Source of the DNA: Eledone cirrhosa
Taxonomy: Eukaryota
Direction of reading: 5' to 3'
DNA length: 64,000 nt
Assembly: GCA_964016885.1 (NCBI GenBank)
Contig: OZ024744.1
Span: 113,460,001 to 113,524,000 of the forward strand
Numbering within the stretch: the first letter of the stretch is position 1; every line of letters starts with the position of its first letter. A model generated the notes under the pieces. That model made no database searches and was not told the origin of the DNA. It was given only the letters and a program-made list of their open reading frames with translations. The translations under genes were made by a program, and so were the position numbers. Shown here piece by piece: positions 24,892-38,305 of the stretch.

Positions 24892-25480
24892 ATGGTGGCT
24901 GCCAACTCGTTTTCGAGTATGGCCACTACTTTATATCCATGTAGGAGAACCCCTACAGATGCGCTGAACGAGTGTGACTTTTTTGTCCAGCCAGCGACTT
25001 GAAAACTCTGGTACAAACACTACACTTGTGACAATTATTGACACATAGTGCTGGGCCCATGGTACCATGTGACGACAAGTGCAGAGAGATCTCCAGATAT
25101 AAAGCAATGCCTGTGCCGTGAAGTTTTTATAGTGAGCAAAGGCACTGCACAAAGCCAGTCCCACTCTCTTAACCAAGATGTTATTTACCAAAAAGAAGAA
25201 CAAGTCAACATCATTGGATACCATCAGGGTTGCAGGTGTTTTCCTTCTCCCAGAATTCTGCCTTGACAAAGGCTAAGGGGTCATCTATCCCGGTGATTTT
25301 GGATGGCCATTGACTCTTAAGAGCTCCTTTGCCATTTGACAGGTTTTGTTTTTAGTCCTGCAGGATGTCCAGAGTCACCCTCCTCACCAAGAAACCTTGG
25401 TGGGATTGCCAGTTTAGTCGCCAACGACTCGACCATGAGACAGGTTGTACTGGGATACATGTTACCAGTAGCACCAACTG
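24892..25480 (-). mobile_element. Probable non-autonomous RTE-related repeat
   Basis: End shared with 50410-50455 (CTCGTT.TCGAGTATGGCCA); RTE-UTR-like motifs; no ORF. Confidence 0.35.
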
Positions 25481-25644
25481 GTGAATTAATCATTGTTTAA
25501 ATATGACCAGTTAATCATTTAAAAATTGAGATCAATATATTAAAAATTGTAAACAACTCCACTATCCGGGAACTTCCAACAGTAATGGTTGCATTTTTTA
25601 ATGGTATGTCAATATTTATTTATAAAACTGATCTATATTATATT

Positions 25645-25698
25645 TTGTCTGATGAAAGCACACCATAATTTAACTTGGTTTCCTGAAATATGTATAAT
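25645..25698 (+). ncRNA. Minimal hammerhead-like motif in a pLTR fragment (same family as 50251-50306)
   Basis: CTGATGA..GAAATATGTA, then AATAAA; 25685-25745 is the reverse complement of 50205-50264. Confidence 0.55.
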
Positions 25699-25746
25699 GA
25701 AATAAATATGGTTTTATAAATATAGTTTCCATTTGTTAATATCGTA

Positions 25747-25779
<33 letters not shown>

Positions 25780-25794
<15 letters not shown>

Positions 25795-26120
25795 TAATCC
25801 GACATATATACACACATACCTACACACACATACATACACACATATATACACGTATACATACGCACACACAAATATAGATATATGTACATACACCTACATA
25901 CGCACACACACAATTAATTATAAGAAAAAATATAATAATAAAAATAAAAACAATGGACGACCATATAGGCCGTCACATAAAATAAAAATAAAAATAAACG
26001 TAAAAATTATTATAAAGTTGACAGCGATACAGGAAAGGACACAAATAAATGAAAAAACAGACGTGGCAAGCAACACACACAATTACACATACACATACAT
26101 ACATACACACAAACACATAT

Positions 26121-26155
<35 letters not shown>

Positions 26156-26219
26156 CACATACATGCATGTGTGTAAAACTCATTCTTTGATGTAATCATT
26201 GAACCTTGTTTAACACTTA

Positions 26220-26288
<69 letters not shown>

Positions 26289-26579
26289 TATACATATAAG
26301 AAAATACATAAATATTATGTATATATAAAAATAAAAAGGTGAAAGGGGTAAACAAATAGTTGGGATTACGACAAATAATAAATAAATAAATAAATAGATA
26401 AAGGTATAAATGTTTATAACTGATTTAGAGCACTCAACATATTCCTGGAGCAAGTAATCAATGAAAATAAACAATAAATCACTCTGTATGTAATTATGCA
26501 TATACATACACATATACACACACACACACACACACAACCATACAAATACACACATGTATACATATATAAACATACACAT

Positions 26580-26622
<43 letters not shown>

Positions 26623-26915
26623 GGAAAAAGTATGACCTCGACGGCAGAGCTCAAGCCGTTTCGACGGCTATTATATATATACACACACACATAAACATAT
26701 ACATATATATAAAAATACACATATACACACACACACATATATACAAAAAGTTACGTCACCACCTTAATAAAAAGACACACACACATATAAACACACACAC
26801 ACATATATATATACACAGACATACATACAGATATATATAAAATACAATTATACACACACATACATATACATACAGATATACATAATTATATATACATATA
26901 CATATACATATATAT
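25780..26915 (-). mobile_element. Microsatellite-rich PLE 3'UTR/pLTR, left arm (inverted copy of 31738-32920)
   Basis: Unique segments (25910-26090, 26170-26220, 26300-26500, 26620-26670) match the right arm in reverse complement. Confidence 0.85.
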
Positions 26916-26917
26916 TC

Positions 26918-29035
26918 CCAACCCCACCACTCCCCTCCTTCAAACGCACACGCAATCTCCGCACCCTCCTCGTCCACAGCTCCCTACCCCCAACCCACGC
27001 TCTGCCCCCCCCCGGTTCCTTTCCCTGTTCTAGGCCCCGCTGCAACACCTGTCCCCACATCACCAACACCACCACCTTCCAGGGTCCCAACGGCCACTCT
27101 CTCTCTGTCCGGCATGCCTTCCGCTGCACCTCCTCCAATCTAGTCTATGGACTTCGCTGCACGGAGTGCAGCGCGACTTATGTCGGACAGACGGGACGTC
27201 GCCTGGCGGACCGATTCACTGAGCACCTCCGGGATATTCGTCTCGGTGGTAGTTCCCCCATCGCCCGCCACTTTGGTGGCCCTGGACATTCCGCACGCCA
27301 TCTCACAGTCTGTGGCCTACTCCAATGCCACGGAACACCCGCCAATCGCCTTAGAGTCGAACAAAGAACTATCTTCATCTTACAGACCCACACTCCCCCC
27401 GGCCTGAACTCCCCACCCTTATTCCTTTAGCCTTCGACCGCCCCCTCCCCCCACACTTATCCCCCATTAACACCACTAACACACCCCTCCTTTTCACCGC
27501 CCACCCCACAACTAACAATACTAACACCTCCACTCCACCCCTCATCCGACCACCCTTCCCCAACTAACATACTAACATCCCTCCCTTCTTCTCCTCCTCC
27601 CCCTCCTTATCACACGCACACACCCACCGGCACATATATACACGCGCTCACACTAAACACACACCCTACTACCACCACTAACCCTTACGCCCACACCTCC
27701 ATCCCACCACCCCGCAACTAACCTCACTAACAACCCCTGACCCCAAGCACACGAACACACGTACCCACTTACACCACCCACCCCACACGCAACTATCATC
27801 ACTAACACCCCCCAACCCCACGCACACGTACCCACACACCCTCGTACACCACCAACTCTACACATCCTACCACCACTAACCCCCACTCACACCTGCATTC
27901 AACCCTTCCCCACCTCCCGTATACTAACACCCACTAACACCCCCTTCATCAAACTACACACACACCAGTACACCACACTCCCTCCATAGAACTACACACA
28001 CCCTTCTCTCCCCGCTCCACCCACACCCTCGCTCCACACTCACTCATCCCACTAACACCTCTACTAATACACACACACACCCTCCTCACTCCAACTTTCC
28101 CACCTACCCATCCTCGCCCCTTTACCATTCCACCGACTGCTGCTATGCCCTCTGACCACCTCCCAGCACAAACAGACACACAGCACTCCCACCGCTTGAC
28201 CACTTCCCGTTGCGCGCGCACCCCACATCTCTCCTCTTCCGACCATCTCTTCAAGGAATACTCGTATGTGGAACTTGACCACCACGGAATCTACTAAACA
28301 TCATAGGAATTTACCAACATTTCAACCATCTCTTACGGAATCACCTATATAACTCACCCACACACACACCAAAAAAAAATTTTTCTCCACACGCCACCTA
28401 CACCCACAACACGCTTAAACCCCACACACACGTGCTTTCCACCACATATTTACACCCTCAGCCTCCTGATTCCTCTCCCCCCATCCCTCTATCTACACAC
28501 GCACAGACACTCCGACCTACAACCCCCCCCCCCACACACCTCTTCCTGAACATGCAACCCCGTTCTTCCCCCAACCCTTACTTTCACCTACACACACACA
28601 CACACACACACACACACGTACACCTAAACACACACACACACGTACACCTACACACACACACCACCTTCAGCCCTCCCCGCTCGGACACCCCATCTCCCCC
28701 CACACACCCCACACCCTTCCACCACCTGTTTTACCCTTTTTAATTTCAGTTTATTTTGATCATGCTTTTATATTTAATTTTATTTCATTCCTTGTATTTT
28801 GATCATGCTTTATTTTTATTTTTATTTTTAATTTCATTCGCACCGTTTCCTTTCGCTATATGTCTCTCCACCACTCCCCTACACACCCTTTGAACTCTGT
28901 TCCCACACACTTCTCACCTGAGGAAGGGCTTATGCCCGAAACGTCGTTCCCCACCACCACCCCACTCTCCAGAGCGTGAAATTAATAAACATTCGTTATA
29001 CTGCCTCTCTGTTTTGTTCCTGTTCAAATTTTTCC

Positions 29036-29038
<3 letters not shown>
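26918..29038 (+). mobile_element. 5'-truncated Neptune-like PLE: Zn-linker + GIY-YIG (to TAG at 27430), C/A-rich 3'UTR, hammerhead, AATAAA
   Basis: Hand translation: RNLRTLLVHS..CSRPRCNTC..CTSSNLVYGLRCTECSATYVGQTGRRLADRFTEH. Confidence 0.85.
28914..28948 (+). ncRNA. Minimal PLE hammerhead
   Basis: CTGAGGA a-gggc ttat gccc GAAACGTC. Confidence 0.8.
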
Positions 29039-29039
<1 letters not shown>

Positions 29040-29081
<42 letters not shown>

Positions 29082-30704
29082 TACATATATACACAGAAAT
29101 AAATATCTATACACACAGAAATAAATATCTATAAATAAAAAATGCAGGTATGTAAAGGGTAAGATAGAAAGTAGGGGGGAATAAGGAAAATAAATAACAT
29201 AGGAAAAAGTTTAAATATATGGGGAGATAAGGGAGAAAAAGAATATAAGAGTACAGAAAGTAATAAAAATCGTAGTGGATGTAAGGTGTAGAGAGCAGAG
29301 AAGAAGTTCAAGGTGGTTGAGTCATCGTAGGAATGTCAATCCAGTTACAGATCAGATGTGATTTCAGATGAGGACAACATCTGAAGATCTCGGTCTTGGA
29401 GTTCAGGCAAGTTGAAGTGGCTTTCAAAATTTGTAGAATCCTAAATTTTTCAATGTGCCCCTTTGGTATTCCCTTGAATGGTCTAAAATAGACCAATCGA
29501 TAGAGTAAGGGATGTTTTTATCCTTGAATTCCCACACCTTATTTGCGAGAGCCGTTGCTGTTCTTTTATTAGAGTGTTTAAAAGAAGCGCCATGTGCATA
29601 AAACCTGGTTTTTCACCTTTCCTGAGTCATGGCAACATATCGTTCACTCTTGGCTGGCTGACACAAAAGGTGTCACTTTGGCCCATATACAAAGGATTTG
29701 GTGTTACATTTGCCATGTAATGGGCATTCATCCGGCTTCCTGCAACTGCATCATGGATTTATTCTCGTACGATTAGAATTAGTGATTTTAGACTTCATTG
29801 ATGGGCAGCAAGAGTAACTGATTTTAACTACATTTCTATTAAATATCTTATAATATCTATGATTAGGAGGAAAATGTTTGTCTAAGAGGTCAAGGAATTT
29901 CCTTCCTACATTAGTTTTGACAGTTAGAGAGAAGGGGGTGTAAACCAAATAATTTTCCTTTTCCTATTATTGTGATTAGTTTTAGGGGAAGGAGTAGGTA
30001 AATATTTAATGTGTTCTGTAAAGCCGCTGTTATTAAGGACTTTATTATAATAAGGGGCGGCTTTGTTTAAAATGTCTAGAGACGAAGATAAGGTAGAAAT
30101 CCTACGGCTATTGGGAATGAGATTTTTAAAAACTATAGGGTATGGCAAGACCCTTTGTGTATATATCTAAGATTTTCATTAGGTTTATGATAAGGTTTAA
30201 AAGAGGCGGTAAGTAGATCAAGATTAATGTCAAGAAAGTTAGCATTGGTAAGGTTCGTATCTATAGTAATTTTAAGGTTTAGATTAGCAAAAGTATTGAT
30301 TAAATCTTTACGGAATTTATCAAGGTTATGGCCGTTGGTGGTATGAGAAACTGCCAATCCGTCGCCACGGTATAAACCGATATTATGGGAAGGAAAATTC
30401 TCTTTAAGGCTGTGGAGAAGGAATAATCCTACTAAGTCAGTCACATCCGCACTGTCATATGAACCCATTGCAACATCAAAAGAGTTTTCAGGGTTTGACT
30501 TTTTAACCCAAATACTTTCATTAGTAAAGAGTAGAGTTTTCCTAGCATGAAAGATAATGTCTTCTTCTAATTTAGAAATATTAATGAAGGGTCTTGCAAA
30601 ATCTAAGGCTTTAATTAATAAGGAAACAGTAATAGAGGGGTAAAAATCAACAATATAAAATTGGGTAAATCTACACTTATTTTTACCTTGTATATTATTA
30701 AACC
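29040..30704 (-). mobile_element. Nematis-like PLE relic (RT + GIY-YIG, degraded)
   Basis: MGSYDSADVTDLVG, LYRGDG, NFLDINL, WFTPP, KISYSC. Confidence 0.85.
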
Positions 30705-31400
30705 GTGACGACGGACTGGCAGTTTCTCATACCACCAACGGCCATAACCTAGTTAAATTCCGTAAATATTTAATCAATACTTTTGTTAATAACCAGCCAG
30801 CCAGGAGTGAACGATATGTTGGCATGACTCAGGACAGGTGAAAAAACCAGGTTTTATGCACATGTCGCTTCTTTTAAACACTCTGATAGAAGAACAGCAA
30901 CGGCTCTCGCAAATAAGGTGTGGCAATTCAAGGATAAAAACATCCAGTACTCTATCGATTGGTCTATTTTAGACCATTCGAGGGAATACCAAAGGGGCAC
31001 AAAGAATTGTTCTTTGTGTACCACTGAAAAATTTAGGATTCTACAAAACTTGAAAGCCACTTCAACTTGCCTGAACTCCAAGACCGAGATCTTCAGATGT
31101 TGTCCTCACCTGAAATCACATCTAATCTGTAACTGGATTGACATTCCTACGATGTCTCAACCACCTTGAACTTCTTCTCTGCTCTCTACGCCTTACATCC
31201 ACTACGATTTTTATTACTTTCTGAACTCACTTTCTGTACTCTTATATTCTTGTTCTCCCTTATCTCCCCCATATATTTAAACTTTTTCCTATGTTATTTA
31301 TTTTCCTTATTCCCCCCTACTTTCTACCTTACCCTTTACATACCCACCTTTTTTATTTATAGATATTTATTTCTGTGTGTATGGATGTGTTGTGTATATA
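30705..31400 (+). mobile_element. Inverted partial copy of the same PLE (short RT piece joined to GIY-YIG/3'UTR)
   Basis: 30705-30790 is the reverse complement of 30283-30368; 30792-31380 is the reverse complement of 29115-29660. Confidence 0.85.
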
Positions 31401-31402
31401 TG

Positions 31403-31737
31403 TATATATGCCGACGACATAGTTTTGGTGACAAATACAGTGAAGGAGGCAGAGGATTTGATACGGGAGGTTGAGACTGTGTCGATGAGTGTGGGGCTGA
31501 GAATGAATGAGACTAAAACAAAATATCTGGTAGAGAATGTTGAGAAGCCAGAGGGGATCACTAATGTAGGCGGGAGGCCGCTGGAATTGGTTGAGGACTT
31601 CCTGTATTTGGGAGCAAAGATTGGGAATACGGAAGATGACGTGGTTGAGAGGAAGAGCAAGGCCTGGACGGTGTGCCACAGCTTGAGATCGGTGTGGAAG
31701 TCGGACCTTCGTAGAGACCTGAAAGTCCGCCTCTTCA
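31403..31737 (+). pseudogene. RTE-like RT fragment
   Basis: YADDIVL..GLRMNETKTK..EDFLYLG. Confidence 0.75.
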
Positions 31738-32047
31738 TATATATATGTATATGTATATATAATTATGTATATATGTATGTATATGTATGTGTGTATATAA
31801 TTGTATTTTATATATATATGTATGTGTGTGTGTGTGTCTTTTTATTAAGGTGGTGACGTAACTTTATGTATATATAAGTGTGTGTGTGTATATGTGTATT
31901 TTATATATATATGTTTATGTGTGTTTATATATATAATAGCTGTCGAAACGGCTTGAGCTCTGCCGTCGGGGTCATACTTTTTCCTATATGTATATATATA
32001 TATGTATGTGTATGTTTATATATGTATACATGCGTGTATTTGTATGG

Positions 32048-32079
<32 letters not shown>

Positions 32080-32330
32080 GTGTATGTATATGCATAATTA
32101 CATACAGAGTGATTTATTGTTTATTTTCATTGATTATTTGCTCCAGGAATTTGTTGATTGCTCTAAAACAGTTATAAACATTTATACCTTTATCTATTTA
32201 TTTATTTATTTATTATTTGTCGTAATCCCAACTATTTGTTTACCCCTTTCACCTTTTTATTTTTATATATATATAATATTTATGTATTTTCTTATATGTA
32301 TATATATATATATATGAATATATATATATA

Positions 32331-32423
<93 letters not shown>

Positions 32424-32493
32424 TATATATATATTTAAGAGTTAAACAAGGTTCAATGATTACATCAAAGAATGAGTTTTACACACATGCATG

Positions 32494-32542
<49 letters not shown>

Positions 32543-32874
32543 ATATGTGTTTGTGTGTATGTATATATTTATATGTATGTATGTGTATGTGTATGTGTAA
32601 TTGTGTGTGTTGCTTGCCACGTCTGTTTTTTCATTTATTTGTGTCCTTTCCTGTATCGCTGTCAACTTTATAATAATTTTTACGTTTATTTTTATTTTTA
32701 TTTTATGTGACGGCCTATATGGTCGTCCATTGTTTTTATTTTTATTATTATATTTTTTCTTATAATTAATTGTGTGTGTGCGTATGTAGGTGTATGTACA
32801 TATATCTATATTTGTGTGTGCGTATGTATGCGTGTATATATGTGTGTATATACATGTGTATATATGTATGATTA

Positions 32875-32915
<41 letters not shown>

Positions 32916-32920
32916 GTGTG
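31738..32920 (+). mobile_element. Microsatellite-rich PLE 3'UTR/pLTR, right arm
   Basis: Reverse complement of 25780-26915; half-hammerhead GAAACGGCT..GCCGTCGGGG at 31944-31971. Confidence 0.85.
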
Positions 32921-33329
32921 TGTGTGTTTGTGTATTTGTGTGCATGTGTATATATGGATATGTGTATATATATGTGTGTATGTATGTATATGTACATATA
33001 TATATAACTTATATATACAACTTATATATATATATATAAGTTGAAATAAAATGAAAACGAAATTTCATTTCTCACTCTTAGTACGGCACTTACTTAAATG
33101 TAAGTATGTATGTATACGTACATACATATATGTATACAGACGTACAGTAGCATGCATATATATATATATATATACATACAGGTACACATACATATATGCA
33201 CGTATCAGTTGAGCGGACGCTTATTATAACGCCGCTTTGTTCGTTTGTAAACAAACTGAACAGCCTGAATTTATGCCATACGGTGTTAAGGCAACCACGT
33301 CACCTTTTTGTTCAACACTGACACAGGAA

Positions 33330-33370
33330 CGATGTACTAGTTTCAAGCTTGTTAGCTATCATCAGCACCG
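33330..33370 (-). ncRNA. Minimal hammerhead (palindromic stem III ACTAGT)
   Basis: cggtg CTGATGA t-agct aaca agct-t GAAACTAGTA catcg. Confidence 0.8.
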
Positions 33371-33607
33371 TATACCCTTCTGCCAGATAGTTGAACGTTC
33401 GAAAGTATATACTTTCCTTATGAAAATTAACGGCTGAGCAGCCTAATTTGCATATCGAGTGAGTTAAATCGGTCAGGCATACCGAAAACGATAAGTTGAA
33501 ATAAAATGAAAACGAAATTTCATTTCTCACTCTTAGTACGGCACTTACTTAAATGTAAGTATGTATGTATACGTATATACATATATGTATACAGACGTAC
33601 AGTAGCA

Positions 33608-33699
<92 letters not shown>

Positions 33700-33856
33700 T
33701 ACATACAGGTACACATACATATATGCACGTATCAGTTTAGCGGACGCTTATTATAACGCCGCTTCGTTCGTTTGTAAACAAACTGAACAGCCTGAATTTA
33801 TGCCATACGGTGTTAAGGCAACCACGTCGCCTTTTTGTTCAACACTGACACAGGAA

Positions 33857-33897
33857 CGATGTACTAGTTTCAAGCTTGTTAGCTATCATCAGCACCG
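33857..33897 (-). ncRNA. Minimal hammerhead, copy 2
   Basis: Identical motif to 33330-33370. Confidence 0.8.
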
Positions 33898-34025
33898 TAT
33901 ACCCTTCTGCCAGATAGTTGTACGTTGGCATAAATTCAGGCTGTTCAGTTTGTTTACAAACGAACAAAGCGGCGTTATAATAAGCGTCCGCTAAACTGAT
34001 ACGTGCATATATGTATGTGTACCTG

Positions 34026-34129
<104 letters not shown>

Positions 34130-34366
34130 TGCTACTGTACGTCTGTATACATATATGTATATACGTATACATACATACTTACATTTAAGTAAGTGCCGTA
34201 CTAAGAGTGAGAAATGAAATTTCGTTTTCATTTTATTTCAACTTATCGTTTTCGGTATGCCTGACCGATTTAACTCACTCGATATGCAAATTAGGCTGCT
34301 CAGCCGTTAATTTTCATAAGGAAAGTATATACTTTCGAACGTTCAACTATCTGGCAGAAGGGTATA

Positions 34367-34407
34367 CGGTGCTGATGATAGCTAACAAGCTTGAAACTAG
34401 TACATCG
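34367..34407 (+). ncRNA. Minimal hammerhead, copy 3
   Basis: Identical motif on the + strand. Confidence 0.8.
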
Positions 34408-34569
34408 TTCCTGTGTCAGTGTTGAACAAAAAGGTGACGTGGTTGCCTTAACACCGTATGGCATAAATTCAGGCTGTTCAGTTTGTTTACAAACGAACAA
34501 AGCGACGTTATAATAAGCGGCGTCCGCTAAACTGATACGTTCATATATGTATGTGTACCTGTATGTATT

Positions 34570-34634
<65 letters not shown>

Positions 34635-34683
34635 GCTACTGTACGTCTGTATACATATATGTATGTACGTATACATACATACT

Positions 34684-34764
<81 letters not shown>

Positions 34765-34774
<10 letters not shown>

Positions 34775-34898
34775 GTATATATGTGTGTTTATGTATATGT
34801 GTGTGTGTGTGTGTGCATGTGTGTTTATCTACCTTTATACTTATTCTTTTTCCTTTCCTTCTTCCTTTGCCAGCCTCACTTTCATATAGATTATATAT
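34765..34898 (+). repeat. Right arm of the outer inverted repeat (partner 24727-24890)
   Basis: TATCTACCTTTATACTTATTCTTTT..CCAGCCTCACTTTCATATAGATTATA. Confidence 0.85.
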
Positions 34899-35075
34899 AG
34901 TAGAATAATCGAGAATCGGAATTTCAGCCCACGAAATCACGATAAACAATATCCGATATATGTGGCAGAGGGCTCAATAATTTGGAAAAATCAGAGCTAT
35001 AACTATCGTTAAAATACCAAATCCACTGTCAATAAATACACCAGGACTTTACGACGGAATTACTTCATCTATTAT

Positions 35076-35934
35076 ATCTATATATATAAAACAGAGAATG
35101 TCTGTCTGTCTGTTTCCCTAAACTCGAGAACCACCCAACCGATTTTTTTCAAACTTTACAGATTTAATACGTATTGTCCTGTGAGTGGTTTGAGCAAAAC
35201 ATATTTCAAATTTTCAATGCCCTAGGGACCGCATTAGGCGAAAAACCGCATATTTTATGCTTTAAAGTCTTTTTTTAGGTATAACGGAACAATTATCCAG
35301 GCGATTTCTTCAAAAGTTGCATTACTTATGTCGTTTAAAATGCTTTGTGCAGAAAAGATTTTCTCATTTTTTGCCCCAGGCATCTCATTATGCGAAAATC
35401 CAATTTTTAAAACCATTTTGGTTGCGTTAGAGCCTGTAACTCGAGAAGTAATCATCCAATTTTTTTCTAAATTTGCATATGCATTACTTATGTTTCACAA
35501 ATTTTCTTGACCGAAAAGATTTCAAATTTTTGCCTGGAGACCGCATTCTTTAGCATTTTGGTTGCGTTAGGGCCTGTAACCTTAAAAGTATCCAACTAAA
35601 TTACTTCATGCTCTCCACCACTGCAGTGCCACATGGTTACTGCTCTGTAACTATTGCTTTCATTGTACCATAGCACAACAAATACATGTTCGGTTTGTCG
35701 AATACCTTTTTACTTAACCCGATCATTTTGGCTTTCGTGGGTTGAACATTTTACTCTCAGATACCCAATTAAGTTAAGCCCCTGGTAATCTACAACAAAT
35801 TTTTTTATAAGCACAAAATGTAGTCACCATCCCGAGGCTAAGGTTTTCCGTACTTCTCTGTACTGTTTCAGAAAGGAGGGATAAACATACCAATCTATGT
35901 TTAGAAGCCCGAGCAACGCCAGGCCATTCTGCTA
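35076..35934 (+). mobile_element. Non-autonomous Helitron-like element
   Basis: A|TCTATATATATAAAA..(TGTC)n start; 3' GC-rich imperfect hairpin then CTAG|T. Confidence 0.65.
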
Positions 35935-36801
<867 letters not shown>

Positions 36802-38097
36802 CGAGAGTATTGAAGTTTGCTTGAAGCATTGTGGAATAATAAGGTAAATTTCTTTAAGTTGTTTGGAAGCCTCGACAATGCAGATGGGTAAATCTCCAGG
36901 TAACAAGATCCGGTGGTGGAGAGAGAGATGTAAGTGGGTGTACGTTGAGATGCGTGGCGTGTATAAGACTGTAACGTGTAGAGGAATGAAGGAAAGATCG
37001 TAAAGGATAAAAATAAAAATAACAACACGAGAAAGAGTTACCTTGTGAGAGATTTAATTGTCCCTATATATTTCGGATTCACATCCATCAACTGGGGTTT
37101 TTGCGGGGGAGGGGGACGAAACGTGTCCTCCGCTGTTCGTTGTTTTGAATATCTGAGGTATTCAGCAAAGCGCGCGTGCGCGTGAAATGGGGTCGGTTGG
37201 GCAGAGGTCAGTGGCCGAAGTAGTTCTTTCAATTCTGGGAGTGGGGTGGCGCTAGCTGTTTGGTGAATGTTACTGTGTGTGTGTGTGCGTGTGTTGTTGT
37301 CTCGCTTGTGTGTGTGTGTGCGTGCGTGTGTGTTGCCTCGTTCCTCTGTATTGGCAGTGTAGTATGTTCGTATGGTGGAATGCTACTGTGTGTGTGTGTG
37401 TGTTGCTGTCTCGCTTGTGTGTGTGTGTGCGTGTGTTGCTGCATTGTTTGTTAACTTAAATCAGCCACCTCATTTCGCTTCTCTCGGATCGGTTGTTTAG
37501 TTGTGACCGTAGGCCTTTGATCCAAAGTGCTTCCTTGATACGTAACGTGCCGACGTTTCTTTCTGTCGCTAGAATTGTGACAATGGGCCTTCCGTCTTTG
37601 TTTACGCATTTGGCTATGTGTTTCCGGAAAGACGAGGCCCTGGTTTTAGTGTGTTTCTTGATCCGGATGTGCAACGGCCGGATTGTGCTACCTATATAGT
37701 ATTGGTTGCACTTGTTACATTCTATCTTATACACGACGTATGTGCGTAGGCAACAGTTCGTATGGCGCATCGGGCAGTCTCGGGGGGGGCACGTGTCAGT
37801 TGATTTCCCAGGTTTCCTGGAGAGGCATCTTCGCAGGGAGGGGCCTGAGTGGATGTTGAGGCCCTCCCTCCGTATAGCCTTGCGGATAGCGTTGGTGATA
37901 TTCTCGCCCTGGTGTGGCATTTTAAGGAAGCACTTGCCTTGGGTGCCTCTCTGTCTCTTGTGTCTGGTGTCTCCTACTCTGTCTGTGAGCGAGGTAGGGT
38001 ACCCGTTCGTCTCCAGCACCTCGAGGAATCGCTTGTTACCCGGAGATTTACCCATCTGCATTGTCGAGGCTTCCAAACGACTTAAAGAAATTTACCA
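36802..38097 (-). mobile_element. 5'-truncated PLE (GIY-YIG 37456-38030) with a 66-bp inverted terminal copy and degenerate hammerhead (37062-37097)
   Basis: [34 protein letters not shown]; 36843-36908 is the reverse complement of 38032-38097. Confidence 0.8.
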
Positions 38098-38116
38098 TAT
38101 ATATATACATATATAC

Positions 38117-38147
<31 letters not shown>

Positions 38148-38162
38148 CACATATATATATAT

Positions 38163-38263
<101 letters not shown>

Positions 38264-38264
38264 C

Positions 38265-38299
<35 letters not shown>

Positions 38300-38305
38300 C
38301 ATATA

